A DNA stretch of 57,187 nucleotides, the filler included, from Asterionella formosa (lineage: Eukaryota), in the NCBI GenBank assembly GCA_002256025.1. It is 7 parts of 7 records of this genome, joined end to end, with 100 filler letters (N's around TTAATTAATTAA, not from the genome) between each part and the next. Parts side by side here need not be neighbours in the genome. Positions count along the whole stretch, not along the records: positions 24,595 to 32,675 come from NKIB01012324.1; positions 32,776 to 40,855 come from NKIB01012325.1; 5 more parts are not named here. One strand, written 5' to 3'. Both the position numbers and the translations under genes were made by a program. Positions 24,595 to 37,519 of the stretch are shown piece by piece. Below the pieces are notes generated by a model. The model searched no databases and was not told where the DNA came from. It saw nothing but the letters and a program-made list of their open reading frames with translations. Within the stretch, counting starts at the first letter, position 1. Each line of letters opens with the position of its first letter.

Positions 24595-25872
24595 AGCAAT
24601 CTGCTGTTGTGTAGTAGGGACAAAAGTCACTACCGGTAGCTGACCACCAGGAGGGTTCATGACCACTGAAATTTCCTGGGCAGATGTATTCTCGCTAGGA
24701 TTGGCACATGGCACGGTACCCCGACCGGATGGATGAGTATTATGACCCCATGCATTTTACATACAAGCATGTGGAACAGGCACAAGTTAGCAGTTAGCAG
24801 TGTCAATATGGTAGCTTTCCAAAGGATTGCTGTGTGAGCCGCCTCCACAACCACCAAAATGTCCTCGTCCACCGAAACTGGACCAGCCATGCGACCTGCT
24901 CGACCACCTTGAGTACGAGGATTCTTAAAACAATTGCCCCAAGTATGTGTACCTTCAGGATGTACCGGGCAAGGGCCACAAAAATCATGGTATGTACGAC
25001 TGGCTTGTAGAGCTTGATGACGAACAGTCGCCTGACAATCCCATGCACGACCGGCTGCGTTGACAATAGCACGCGCTCTTCCACGACCACTTGGAGTAAA
25101 ATTATCGTTGTTAAATTGACGACTGACACGCTCGTTTTCTTGACACATCGCATGATTGCCTTCAGCAATACGAAGACGATTTTGCGTGATTGTTTGAAAA
25201 CTGTTCTTGGGAAGGTGTTTGTTTTGGTCCTTAACGACTGTTGACTCTCGAAGTAAGCGAGAACCGAGAAAATTGATTGGTCTGAAGTTTTAGCATGATT
25301 CAATTTAAACTCTTGTTGTCACTCATTGGGCATAAAACGGATGATGATAATCCGCATATCTTCTTTTGACAATCCGTTTTGATCTTCTGGATGAGGCATT
25401 AGTTGAAGTAGTCTGTTCAAAGCTTTAATACAAGCTCCGAAATCCATTACCAACATAGAAAAGGGTTTCGATAAGTAGTGTAGCATCCATTGTCATTGAC
25501 GTTGAAAACTCTCATATGGTAAACGATCACCTAACCATAAAACCATCGCTTCATCAACACTATCGTAGGATTGATCTTCTGGGTGTACTTCCACATTAAA
25601 CCAGCCAATCTGATAAGGCAATGTCGGTCAAACACCTTTTAAAGTAGGAAAGGGTATCTGCAGGGCTAAAGGCACACGTGTTAGCCATGTCACGAAATTG
25701 ACTCAATCCAATCAAAAATGCTTCGCTCCACAGAGCTTCCATTGATCATATCTTGATCAAATGATTCAAACCGTCCACTGGTTAAAGCAACTCTGAATGT
25801 TTTAGTCTTGATAGTCAAATCATTGTAATCTTTGATCAAAGGAATGACAGGAACCCTTGAATACATTGCCAT
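24595..25872 (-). mobile_element. Ty3/Gypsy-type gag remnant
   Basis: Fragments YLSKPFSMLVMDF..IKALNRLL, IIIRFMPNE*QQEF and knuckle CPVHPEGTHTWGNCFKNP; disrupted by stops and frameshifts. Confidence 0.6.
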
Positions 25873-26103
25873 GTTTGTTTTTTTCTAATTGGACTCTTTT
25901 TGAATTCAAAGTGAAGTATCTAACTAGAAGTAGTAGTATTTGTTGAGTACATGAGCTTATTAATTAATTCTTATGTACAACTCGTTTCCTAAGTTGACAT
26001 CAAAGTATACATTAGGTGTAAGTCGAGTTCTTTCATTTTTGAGTTCTGATGTATTTGATATAACCCTAACCCTATCTACATCTGTATCGATGTGCAGGAT
26101 CGG

Positions 26104-27013
26104 TCACCTGGTACCTGGTACCGTCTACCAGATACTAGTAGTCAATCTACACATATCTTTGGTGTTTACCGGTTCCAGGAACCTGCATCCATATTCATGT
26201 TGAAACCCTGCGCACTACGTATGTATCCACTTAGGCACCTGGTACCAGGTACCTGGTACCAACAATACAAAGCATAACACATGTACCCAGTACACAATAT
26301 CATAAAACAAAATTAACTTCGCGTATACTCCTATATACTGTATTTATTTTATGTACAGTTATATTGTTTGATTACCGGTATATACCATACCCGGTCTGCA
26401 TGTTCGGACAAGTATTCGCAATATTCGGACTTTCCCAGAACTCCCAGAAAAACAGGAAAGATCGGCAAACAGCACAAGCAGACTGGGGAAAAATTGAGCA
26501 ACCATGGCAGCAAATTTAAAATCCAGCAAAAAAATGAAGATGAACTTCGAAGGCAAGAAAGAAACATGTAAACCTCGCAAGAAGGTCATGGAAGAGTCTA
26601 TCTGCCAGAGAACAACCATGCAGAGGGTTCAAAGCAGAAAACTCACAATACTCTGAATAAGCTTTTGACAAAAGCAAATTGTTGATCACCAAGCCTTGCA
26701 AATTTACAGTCTTTAGATTAAAAATTACCAACCCAAACTCCCACCCATGGCTAATGTGCAAAACTCGACTGCAGCTACTATGGGAAACCCGGAGGAAAGG
26801 AACTAACCAAGCTACTTATAACCAAATTCAAAAACCAACTACAAGTCTAGATTAGTTGGCGCAACAAATCAACCTCAACAAAGAATCAAAATAGAAACAA
26901 AGGAACATTTGAATAAAAGGCAGTCGAATGAGTAGGTAATCGAGTCGAAGCAAGTAACTTTGTGATATTTGAGTACCAGTACCAGTACCAGTACCAGTAC
27001 CTGGTACCTGGTA
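26104..27013. repeat. TACCWGGTA cluster plus (TACCAG)n microsatellite
   Basis: 26107-26122, 26237-26260 and (GTACCA)4-GTACCTGGTACCTGGTA at ~26973-27013. Confidence 0.8.
26388..26436 (+). repeat. Probable Tc1/mariner-type element end (TA-CCCG...), second copy at 35029-35083
   Basis: TACCCGGTCTGCATGTTCGGACAAGTATTCGCAATATTCGGACTTTCCC vs TACCCGTTCAGCATCTTTGGACATGTA[CCGGTA]TTCGCAATGTTCGGACTTTCCC. Confidence 0.6.
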
Positions 27014-27469
27014 TAACTTCAGTTGATGAGGGAGAAGACACTTCTTACTGGCTGCTCGGCTCGCTCTGATAATAATGAAATATTATATCATGTGTGTGTG
27101 TGTTATAGCACTAATTATTTTTGTGATTTGATACATAATATCGTTGTTGCGCTCTAATAATAGAAATATTTTAGATTACACTTATCTGACATTAAAAAAA
27201 TGTTTATCTACAATTTGCTTATAGCAGTTAAATTTTCATATCAATGCATCCTCTTGTGTGTTATGCCTCCGCTCTCCTCTTAATATTGAGGGAGTACCAG
27301 TGTATGAGTTCCATAATTTCACCATCGTCGGCCACTGACTGTGTCGGCTTTCCGCTCATCTCGTGATGATGAGCATGATGATATATGATCATCACATTGC
27401 CACTGCTAGGAGCAGCCTGCGATCTAGCAAACAAGACGCCATCGTTCAGTGACAGTTTGACTGTTGCTC

Positions 27470-27552
27470 ATGCTGATTCTGATGTTGATTATGATTCTGA
27501 TTCTGATGCTGATTCTGATTCTGATTCTGATGCTGATGCTGATGCTGATGCT
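27470..27552. repeat. Hexamer microsatellite (GATTCT/GATGCT)n
   Basis: Direct reading. Confidence 0.9.
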
Positions 27553-27934
27553 GTTATTTCTCTTGTTCTTATTGGTGGAAAACAGCTCTCTCTTATATTT
27601 TGCTGTTATTGCTGTGGTTATATACCTTTTCTGCTTGTTCTTCGCCCTGTGTTTGAACTTGAATATGCATTGTTTGATATGAAATGGAAAAGGTGTTGTG
27701 TGTTCAATTCCAGCCATGATCTAGCTCTGACAATCTTGTTCTTCGCTGCCAGATAAAAAATACTCTTTCATGGGCCAGTTATGGGAAAAAACAGGCAGGA
27801 GACACAAGAAAAATTTTCACATGACAAAATTCTAATGAAAAGCATTTCCCTTGTTCTTGATTTAGCATTTTCGATTCTCTTTGCAGTCCTTGTTGCACTT
27901 GTTGTTCCGCTTTCCGTATTTGGACTTGTTCCTT

Positions 27935-28190
27935 CTACTACTGTTGCCTTTTCATTCATTGATTTCGTTGGTCTTTGTTGATTGTTCTTCCTGCTACTGT
28001 CACCTTTTCATTCCTTTTTGCAGTCGTGGCTCCGGGTTCCGCATTGACTGAATTTTTCCCTGCTGCTACTGTCGCCTTTTCATTCCTTTTTTTGCATTTG
28101 TTGCTCCGGTTTCCACATTTTTAGTTGTGCCTGTGGCCGCCTTTTCATTCCTTATTGCAGTCATGGCTCCGGTTTCTGTATTGACTGGAG
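27935..28190. repeat. Imperfect ~60-75 bp tandem repeat (CTACTGTCRCCTTTTCATTCC core, ~4 copies)
   Basis: Core at ~27938, 27994, 28066 and 28131. Confidence 0.6.
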
Positions 28191-28803
28191 TTGTGCACTC
28201 ACCACATACTCTGTTTCACGACTATCTTCATTGTGATTCTTCTTCTTTGAAGAACTCACATCAAATCAGAGGAGCTTTCCCAGTATACAAGTACAAGACA
28301 TTTGGTTGTGCATTTACTTCTGTGGAAGATTCACTGCAAGTAGGTACATGTGGCTATAGGTAAGCATTTGAAAGAACAGATTTCTATCACTCACTCACTC
28401 ACTCAGCCACTCATCCTACTGCTATCTAAATTAATATTAGCTTTGATAGAGAAATGGGGTTCTGGATGAAATAAAATCTACACAAAAATTACATACGTTT
28501 AATAATGAGGCCTGCATCAGAAATATGTATACTTACTGCTAATTTAAAAAAAGAACATAATTATTCACCAGATTTACAATGTTCATATCATTTCAGCTGA
28601 ATAAAATGATTCAGCTGAAATTAATGAACACCTCGACCCCTCATTTCGCTTCCGTCGATTGGCATCATGACAACAATATTTATTTAGCTACATGTAAATT
28701 CAGGACTGATTAGGATTCTTTTTACTATGACTTTCAATTGCCCATTTTATCAACACAAATAAAACAAATAGAATTATCACATCAATTGGAGGGCAGTGCA
28801 ACA

Positions 28804-30837
28804 ATGATTATGTTGCGCCTAGTTACCTCAACCCTTTCTCGGAAGGCCTCCGCTATCAAACCTTCACTCGCATTGCTTCGGATTGGCCATCGACGCGGTA
28901 TACATAGTGATGCTACGAATAGTATACAAGGAATTAGCGGTACATCGGATGCGCATTCTAGTGCTAACGTAAAATCTGCTGGCAAGGACACCAGCAGCAG
29001 CACCACCACCAGCAATCAGGACGATCTGAATTTCGTTCGCACAACGGAATCCATAGGAGAATCTCAACGACAGTCATATTCCGCAGGAGGGTCCGAGAAA
29101 GAAAAACTGTTGCAAGAAACGAATGACCTCCTTCGGTCCGATTTGGGATCGTTCAGTCCGACCGATTGGGAGCGAGCGCTAAGTATCCTGAACAACTGGA
29201 CGCTATCAGATCATGACACAGAAATGGCCTGGAAAATGTTTGATAGACTAGCCGAAGAGGAAGGCACTCGAAGCAATAAAGCAGATCCCATGTTGACGAA
29301 GGATCAATTGAGGCATGTTCTAGGGAGCTGGAATCACCTCCCAATGGGGATCACTGCACAGGACGTTGTTTGCAAATTAGCCAAATATAGAACCCAAATC
29401 CCAAAGCTATATCCTGACAATATCACCTACAATTTGCTCATAAGTGGAGCTGTAAAGCAGGGAGAATCACCTGAGTTCGCAGAGAAAATATTGCGAACCA
29501 TGCAGGAAATTCGAGCTGCTGATCCACTGGCTTGCCTTCCCTCGACAGTGACATACAATGCTGTCATGGATGCGTGGTCCAAGAGTCAATCCCGGGACGC
29601 TCCTGAGCATGCCGAAGCTCTCTTAATGGAAATGGAGGAACTTTCCAATGACGAATCCCTAGCGCTATCAATGCTAAACTCTGACAAAACATCATATAGT
29701 ACGGCCATAACCGCGTGGGCTAAAAGTGGTCGAATCGTGGCCGTGGACCGAGCTAAGGCACTGTTGGCGAGACTCCAGGACAAAGTTAAGAAAGGCAAAG
29801 AAAACTTACACCCCGATACGAATGTTTATAATACTCTGTTCCAAGCGTTGGTGGTTAACAATAGAGTGGAAGAAGCAGACGCAATGCTCAAGGAATTCTG
29901 TGATAAATCTATCTCGTTGAAGACATTAGCCACGCCTGACAACTTTTCGTTTAGTATTGTCATCTCAGGTTGGGCCAAGAGTGGAAATCCAAATGCAGCA
30001 ATAAAAGCCGAAGAATTATTTCAAAGAATGCAGGAGTTACAGGCGGATATTGCGCTCAAGCCAAATACTGTTACATTGAATGCATTGATTAGTGTCTGGG
30101 CCAACATTCGACTCGAAGGAGCAGCAGAAAAAGCAGAATTATACCTCGAAATGATGAAAGTATCCAGCGAATGCCAACCAAATGCTACAAGCTACAATGC
30201 AGTGATATCTGCATGGGCCAACAGTCGCCAAGTTGGTGCCCCAGATAAGGCAGAAAATCTACTTAGGGAAATGCAAGCTTCAGCGGATGAGTCATGCAAA
30301 CCTAATCAATGGACATACAATGCGGTAATTAATGCATGGGCCATGAGTAAGCACCGTGATTCCACAAGAAGAGCTTTTTCTCTCTTTCACGAGATGAAGG
30401 AATCTATTGGCGTCAATGTGATTACGTACAGTACTCTACTGAAATGTATCTCATCTTCGAGTTCGAAACACAAGGCGCAAGAAGCATTGAACTTGCATGA
30501 AGAAATGGAGGCCTCATCAATTGAACCCACAGTTCGTACCATGAACGAAGTTATGGCAGCCTGTGCTTTTTCCAATCGAAAACCCTATGACATGGAGACC
30601 CGAGATAGAGCATTTCACATTGCTACAAAAATGTTTCGACGCATTGTCAAGGAAGTGAAGCCAACACCGCATACATTTTCCTTTTTCTTTCTGTCGGCGC
30701 CCGAGTCAGGCAAGAAAAAGGATATTGAAATTGTCTATGCTATCTGCAAGAATCTAGGGATGCACCAAGACCCACAAGTACTGCGGGGGTTGGAAAGAGT
30801 GGCCCCGCATTTGATTGCTAAGGCTAGAAGGAGCTAG
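28804..30837 (+). CDS. Pentatricopeptide repeat (PPR) protein, probably mitochondrial
   Basis: Repeated motifs PSTVTYNAVMDAWSKS, PNATSYNAVISAWANS, PNQWTYNAVINAWAMS. R/S/L-rich N-terminus MIMLRLVTSTLSRKAS..RRGIHS. First in-frame ATG at 28804. Confidence 0.92.
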   Translation: MIMLRLVTSTLSRKASAIKPSLALLRIGHRRGIHSDATNSIQGISGTSDAHSSANVKSAGKDTSSSTTTSNQDDLNFVRTTESIGESQRQSYSAGGSEKEKLLQETNDLLRSDLGSFSPTDWERALSILNNWTLSDHDTEMAWKMFDRLAEEEGTRSNKADPMLTKDQLRHVLGSWNHLPMGITAQDVVCKLAKYRTQIPKLYPDNITYNLLISGAVKQGESPEFAEKILRTMQEIRAADPLACLPSTVTYNAVMDAWSKSQSRDAPEHAEALLMEMEELSNDESLALSMLNSDKTSYSTAITAWAKSGRIVAVDRAKALLARLQDKVKKGKENLHPDTNVYNTLFQALVVNNRVEEADAMLKEFCDKSISLKTLATPDNFSFSIVISGWAKSGNPNAAIKAEELFQRMQELQADIALKPNTVTLNALISVWANIRLEGAAEKAELYLEMMKVSSECQPNATSYNAVISAWANSRQVGAPDKAENLLREMQASADESCKPNQWTYNAVINAWAMSKHRDSTRRAFSLFHEMKESIGVNVITYSTLLKCISSSSSKHKAQEALNLHEEMEASSIEPTVRTMNEVMAACAFSNRKPYDMETRDRAFHIATKMFRRIVKEVKPTPHTFSFFFLSAPESGKKKDIEIVYAICKNLGMHQDPQVLRGLERVAPHLIAKARRS

Positions 30838-31247
30838 ATAAAATAGGTATTTGTAAAGCTTTGAATATGTGATCTGACGGATGAGGACGTGATTATGAGG
30901 ACATCTCGTCTTTTTTTTTCACTCCTCATGTGATCGCTCCAGGTTCATCCTAAAAATTGCTCAGTTTCCTTCTTTATTAAACCCGTTACTTTACATTTCC
31001 ATTGCCTTGCTTCATGTAACAAAGACTACAAAGGATCACATACAGCTCTTGGAAGTAATTAGTTGGTACTGGCGTAACATGGATGTACCAGGGGAATACC
31101 TGTCGAAGTCATCATATACCCACGTTTACCAGAGGAAATCGAAGTTTTAGCAATCTAATAAAATAAAGAACAATAATGTTCTATAATTGCACCGGTAAAA
31201 TCCTTTTATTTATATATTACTTGAACTTGCAACAACAATCTTTGTTC

Positions 31248-32620
31248 TTAATTACTTCGATGGCTCGGTTGTTGTTGCTGCTGTTGTTGCCGCTGCTCCA
31301 GCTGAATATAATGCTGAATTCGTAGTGCGACCATGGTATCACTAGAGCCATGATTTCTTGGGATTGCTCTAGCAGCTTGAAGGGCTTGTAACAGATCAAT
31401 TGTATTCGAAGGTGTTCCTTTAAAGTTGGGAAGCCCAAGTGGCCTCTGACGACATTGTTGTTGGTGATGTGATGGTGGTTGCATGGCGTCTGTTTGATTG
31501 GATTGTAGCAAAACCTTGACAGCCGCAGAGACTGTTGAATCTTTTGTCAGATCGGAAACTACAGTCTGTACTCCTGGTGGTACGGTTCTGGTTGTTTGTG
31601 ACTGCTGCAATTGTGGTTGTAGATGGCATGGTATTGCCATATTATGTTGCTGTTGCTGTTACTGTGTCCTTCATTGATTTTCCATAGGTCCCACATGACT
31701 AGTAGCCTTTCTTCAACGGCAAAGACCTGCTAGGATAATCCATTTCTCGTTTCATTGGTTTCTTTCGCTTTGCACACTTCATTAGTATCATACCTGATAG
31801 ATCAGCTCTTACAAAGTTCTTTTGAGTTCAGGAAAGATAATAAAAAATGAATATTAGATTCGTGATGGTGGTTTTGCATGTGACCATGACATACTATCAT
31901 ACTGCATCTATTGAATTTGCCCTACGGTTGTCAGGATTCAACAAGTAGGTTCTGGGTAATTATAAGCTTAATGATTAGTGTATCTATATTGGCTCCTAGT
32001 CCAAGGGGACTCACAAGGGTCTTGATGAGAAGGGCATGTACTAGGTGTCAAGAGTCCATGCTAGGTGTCATGTTTTGGCCTAGCATTGGTACGTCTATTC
32101 TACAGATACATCTGTACCAATAGTTATCACGTAACATATAGCTGCGGGTACATAATGCAATATGTACTACGAGCTACATACTAGTAACCATGGGTACTGG
32201 TACACCTTTCACTTATGGTTGACGTGGTATACATACACAGTGTGTATTGTGTAAATCTCTACAGTGAGAGTAAACAAGCATATGGTCTGCATAGAAGAGC
32301 ATATAAGGTCAACGTTATTTATATAGGACTTATACCATCTAATGATATAGTAGATCTAGCGTGGTACATACTGTACCATAGGTCAGAATTGCTGTTCATA
32401 CCCCATGAATCCATGCCCCTTCTTCTGGTCCATCTTGAATGCGTTGAAATTTCCATTGGCTTAGCTTTCGAGTAAATGATGCAAACTTGGTAGATTTGCC
32501 CAAATAATTGGGCAAAATGTCTGTGACAAACAACTGTTGATCCAAAATCATGAATGGTTTGCCATGTGGTAACTATGTAATGGACCTTTTATTCCTAGGC
32601 ATGGATAGTATCTCTGAAAG
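31248..32620 (-). pseudogene. Heat-shock transcription factor (HSF) pseudogene; exons 32402-32620 and ~31248-31818; first exon beyond contig edge
   Basis: LSEILS..SIT*LPHGKPFMILD..ILPNYLGKSTKFASFTRKLSQWKFQRIQDGPEEGAWIHG|NFVRADL..MKC. Conserved Trp is TAG at 32573-32575; further stops downstream; Gln-rich tail. Confidence 0.8.
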
Positions 32621-32634
32621 CTGTGTAGATAAAA

Positions 32635-32637
<3 letters not shown>

Positions 32638-32667
<30 letters not shown>

Positions 32668-32675
32668 TGTATGTA
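32638..32675. repeat. (TATG)n microsatellite at contig end
   Basis: Direct reading; probably the cause of the assembly break. Confidence 0.95.
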
Positions 32676-32775
32676 NNNNNNNNNNNNNNNNNNNNNNNNN
32701 NNNNNNNNNNNNNNNNNNNTTAATTAATTAANNNNNNNNNNNNNNNNNNNNNNNNNNNNNNNNNNNNNNNNNNNN
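32676..32775. other. Artificial contig spacer
   Basis: N44-TTAATTAATTAA-N44. Confidence 0.99.
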
Positions 32776-33589
32776 AAAACTTCACATGAAACCGTTAAAA
32801 GTAATCTTTTTTACGTGAAGAGTGGCATTAATGCATGTGAAGTACCACATAATTAACACTCATACGTAGACGAAATTTCGAAAAGTGGCATATTTCGCGG
32901 CTTAGATGTGGTATATAAATGATCATCCTTTTACTAATTCACATATGAATAGATAGATAAATTAATATATATATATATATATATCCTTGAGAAAATTTCA
33001 ACAAACCAGATAATAGGGAAAAATATACTTCATGGTTGGAGCAAGCTTTGACTGCCAGATTTCCTATTTTGGAGCTAAAATCAATTTTGAACAGGTTTTA
33101 GAAAACACAAACAAAAACAAGCTTATGTACGACTGCGAACTGTAGAAAATGATAGAATAGAGTGATACCAGGTAGAGTACCAGTTCCAGTAACAATAAAA
33201 ATAAAGAACTGCATTGACCCATAGTTTCCTTGCTATGCACAAGGGTGATAAGAATAACAGAATAAGGGAGATTAGACAGTTAACAAACCTGACAATCTAA
33301 ATAGTTTGTTTGTAAGGGAATGTGGTAAAAAGTGAGTTATATATTAAAGAGTTATTAATTCAGAATGTATAGAATGCTTAAAACAGACACAGAACCATGT
33401 GGACACTCAGGAGTTTAGTCACAGTTTGTATAATAGTACTAATCTTGATCAATTCATAACAAAACTGGCCCCTATCTCATACATTTATGAGATAAGGATC
33501 GAACCTTAATTGTTGTGACATGGCAGGATCCTTCAACTGAATCCATAAAAGACGATGCATAGCTTGTATGGTGCTGATGAACATTGTCA

Positions 33590-33960
33590 TTAAGTGCATC
33601 ATTGTTTTGCAATGAGTTTGAAGCTCTGCATATGGCAGTGCCTTAGTAAAATGATCACTATGATTCATAGTTGAAGATACTCTTGGAAATGTAATTTTCT
33701 GTGATGTACATGTTCTTGCAGTGCATGTGTCTTGGTAGCCACAGATGCACACATTGAAAGTCTATTTCATTGCATGTGCAATATTTTGTGCTGCAGTTTT
33801 ATATTCCTCAATAGCAATTGCTTCCAGAAAAGGAATAGACATATTATTAATGCACACATGTAGCCATAGGATTAATTTCGTCTATGTAGCTGTAGCATCC
33901 AACTTGCCTCTTTAGTATTAGCTATGAGCTGTTGGGACGATTGCTTAGTTGGTTAGCATG
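33590..33960 (-). mobile_element. Ty1/Copia RNase H remnant
   Basis: Frameshifted fragments KLILWL...AIAIEEYKTAAQNIAH, VATKTHALQEHV and RVSSTMNHSDHFTKALP. Confidence 0.65.
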
Positions 33961-34695
33961 CCTCCATAGTAGGTGACGTATTCTTCACCTGCCTCTTTTT
34001 CATATAGTTCCTAGGTTTCCGGGGGTGGGGCTAATGAACTAAAAAGGCAGGTCCCCATTCTACCGTATGGACGATTAAAACCGCTACTGGTCGCTCCCTT
34101 CACACCAGCGCCCAAAGTCACCACGTGTATTGTGATGATCCTGAGTTGGTAAGTAAGTACAGCTGTACATTAACATCAGCAAGTTGCAGTAGTTTTGCTA
34201 TTTCTAGTTCCACGTGCGACTTAGCCTTAAGAACTACATTGAATCGATCACAAGACATGCGGTGATTTAGCCGAAATGAGGAATTGCCGAAAATATTGGT
34301 ATGTGAAACTGACCAACATCATGCCGTTTTGCTCCCTGCGTTGTTGCCATTAAAAAATATATTCTAATTTTGCTAATGATTGTGTCCCACTACTGATTTT
34401 CATATAACTTTGTTTATCAATATACCACATATAGTAGCCACTTGAGGTTGAAAATAATGTATAACAAATCTTCCTTGATTTCGTACTTTTACAACCATGG
34501 GAAGGTTCTTGGGATGCTCTCACTCATTCACATGGCTGGCTCACTCATTAACTACATTGCATTACTCTTGGTTGTCACCACTGTCAAATATTTTATATGG
34601 TTACATTTATGTTTAACATGTGTACCAGTATATATATACTAATTTTTATTTGGATGGTGTCTTTTGCTATTTATTTTGGTGTCCGATGATGTCAT

Positions 34696-34744
34696 GAAAC
34701 CTATCCCTATCCCCAAATTCGGTTGGATTAGGGTTAGGGTTTCA
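34696..34744. repeat. Short inverted repeat with telomere-like (CCCTAW / TTAGGG) arms
   Basis: TGAAACCTATCCCTATCC ... GGATTAGGGTTAGGGTTTCA. Confidence 0.55.
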
Positions 34745-34912
34745 CAATATCTCCACAACCGGTTTTATTACATCACTAAGCGTGCTCCACAAAACCCAAA
34801 AAGTACGCGGAGATATTAAGAGGTTTACGGTATTATACTATGTAGGAGCACAACTCTATAATGTCGTCGTTTGGAAGAAGATCGCGTTGTGTATCAATTC
34901 ATTCATTTCTTA

Positions 34913-35742
34913 CTACCTGGTACCAGGTACCAGGTACTAAATCATAGTCATCGTGCCTTCACATTCACATAAAATATATGTGTGGCCATCATATGCATAT
35001 ACCAGGTACCTGGTACCATGTTTTACCGTACCCGTTCAGCATCTTTGGACATGTACCGGTATTCGCAATGTTCGGACTTTCCCGGCCCTGGATGAAAAAA
35101 ATTCAATAGCGCACCTACAATTATTTCGCGATGCACGAAGTACATAAAAGCAAACTGTCCAACTCTCTATGACATAAGGACGTTGTGTGTGTGCATCATG
35201 TCCCACAATGAATACTGTTGTCATACATAGATATACACACAGTATAGATGATAGATCAGCCAGCCTCACTGGACCAGTTTTAAGACAAATCCGTTAACCG
35301 GGCATGAAAGAAAATGATGCGACATGGTATCTGGTACGAAAAATGGTACCAGGTTTCATACAACAAGTACATATATACTCCGACGAGCTAAAAATGTCTT
35401 TCGCTACCGGTACCTTATAGCAAAAATGAAAGCGTGTGATCCTATACCTATCTTATGTAGGGATCCAATCCAATTACAAGAATGAGTGGCTGTCGATTAT
35501 GGTGGTACCAGGTACGCAGCAGCTCGGGATCGTGACAGTCGGTTTTCGATTTCGGTAGTTTAGCCAATGTATTCTTACTTCTCTACACATGTTACCAGCT
35601 ACCAGGGTACATCAGCAAAAGCAAATACCGGTATATGGACCCGTATGAATATGAACACCGTCAAGTGTACAAGACGGGGCATTTCATACCTTTTCAATTA
35701 CAGAATTACATGAAAAAGGCTACCTGGTACTCTATCAGGTAC
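34913..35742. repeat. TACCWGGTA/TACCGGTA cluster upstream of the metallopeptidase
   Basis: TACCTGGTACCAGGTACCAGGTAC at 34914-34937; also 35000-35017, 35054-35061, 35405-35414, 35505-35514 and 35721-35742. Confidence 0.8.
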
Positions 35743-36011
35743 ACCATAATGTAAGCAGTGCAGGAACGTACATCTTTTTGTACGATCGTTTTAGCAACCG
35801 TTAAGGATGTTGACTCGTACATACATGATGCTGGTCCTGTTGATTGTAGTTCGTGTTCGTGAACTGCTGTCGTGAGTCTCAACGGTGCGTCACTTATCAG
35901 ATCACATTTTTTCTATAAAATTACTGATAAATTATGTACATATCATTTTCCAGACATAAAAAGCCGAATCACATACAATTTTCGTACTAAGAATCAATCA
36001 CAACCGAAATA

Positions 36012-37074
36012 ATGCCGCCAAGAGACTCCTCATCCGTAGTTTCTGTCATCACCTCAGACGAGGAGGCAGTAGAAACTCGCATTCAACCAAAGGGGGAGAG
36101 AACGGTGAAGTCCGCGCAAGCTGCTGAAGGGCGAAGCCGAGGGGAACAAGACACGAGGCCCCCGTGTTGCACTTGCCATAGAATTACATTCATTTGTTTT
36201 CTCCTTGTTCTCGCTGGGGGACTCACAATTGGCTTGCTGCTGTTTTTCGGACATCCTGACGGTGCTGCTGGTTTCCTAGCTTATGGAGATCCACCTGGCC
36301 TCAGTGCGGCCAATTCATGGCAGACGTCGGGAAATGTCGGCTTGACCCTGACAGTGGAGAACGCCATGGCAACCAAGTATTCTGATGCTTTCAGTGAATA
36401 CGTCAGTAGGTGGGATAACGGAACTCCGGATGCTTTGACTCTCACCGCGATTACAGTGACTCCTGATGTCGACTGTCAGCCTTCAGATGGAAGCCTCAAG
36501 TTGTGCAGCGGCAATTACGGACAGACAGACTGGCGTGGCATCAACTACAACTATATTGTTGGTGGGTACATTCAGAATAGTATCTCAAAGCTGAACGACT
36601 ATCACCTCGACTCCGAGAACGATTATCAACGACGGTATACCGTGTAAGTCTTGTGGTGGCATGTAACTTGACGATCCCTATTGCCATTGTTCTAACGAGA
36701 TTTGTTTGCGAAACCATTGCTTCAGATGCCACGAGATGGGTCATGGCTTTGGTTTGGCGCACACAGACGAAAATTATTTCAACCTCGATCGCGGTGATTG
36801 TTTGGATTATACTGTCCGACCAGAACGAAATCTCGATCCCGGCGCCTACAATTACGGAATTCTCCAAAAGCTTTATGGCGCAGTGGTCACAAGAAATCGA
36901 CATCTTAGAGGAAAGAACGAGAAAAGAAGCCATCGGGAACTTACGGGTGAATTAAAGGAACGTTATGACCAAGCACTCAAGGATATGGAAGGAGAGGCAT
37001 GCCCAGGTCATATTTGTGTCGTTGACTTGGGTGATGATATCCAAGTTGTGACACACAAGCTTCGGGTTATCTAG
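36012..37074 (+). CDS. Type II membrane-anchored metzincin-like zinc metallopeptidase; join(36012..36643,36726..37074), ~326 aa
   Basis: 82-bp GT-AG intron gives YTV-CHEMGHGFGLAH (HExxHxxGxxH); single N-terminal TM helix; NYGQTDWRGIN. Confidence 0.87.
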
Positions 37075-37519
37075 TTTTAACAGATTCCTGTTCAAGGTTT
37101 TGGTTTAATACCTGGCAGAGGGTGATGTAATCCCCTCATCAATAATTTCAGCATTTACCTTGCTGAATTTTGTTGCTCGCTTTTGCTAGACTATTGTAAT
37201 GGACAACAAATAATGCTGTACCTCCTCATGTATGTTTACATATAAAACTTTTTCCATTAGATAAATTGATATAATTTCAACAAACCGCTTCATCTTAAGA
37301 ATAAGAAGAATGTAAACATTTTTTATTCTCCCCAATGCAAATGTGCACGTCAGTCTGGCTGACAATATATTTATGCATACATAGCATATGCAGTTGCACT
37401 GTGATTCTTCATTTTTGTATGTTTGACAAGTGACATTATAGTTCACTTTCTTGCCCATTTTCATCTTTCTTTTTTACATCATTCACCTTATCCTTTGGCA
37501 AGAACAAACACTCCGAATC

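Noticed and set aside
27385..27756. DSDADA / MLMLIL / ISISI ORFs
   Set aside because: Translations of a hexamer microsatellite
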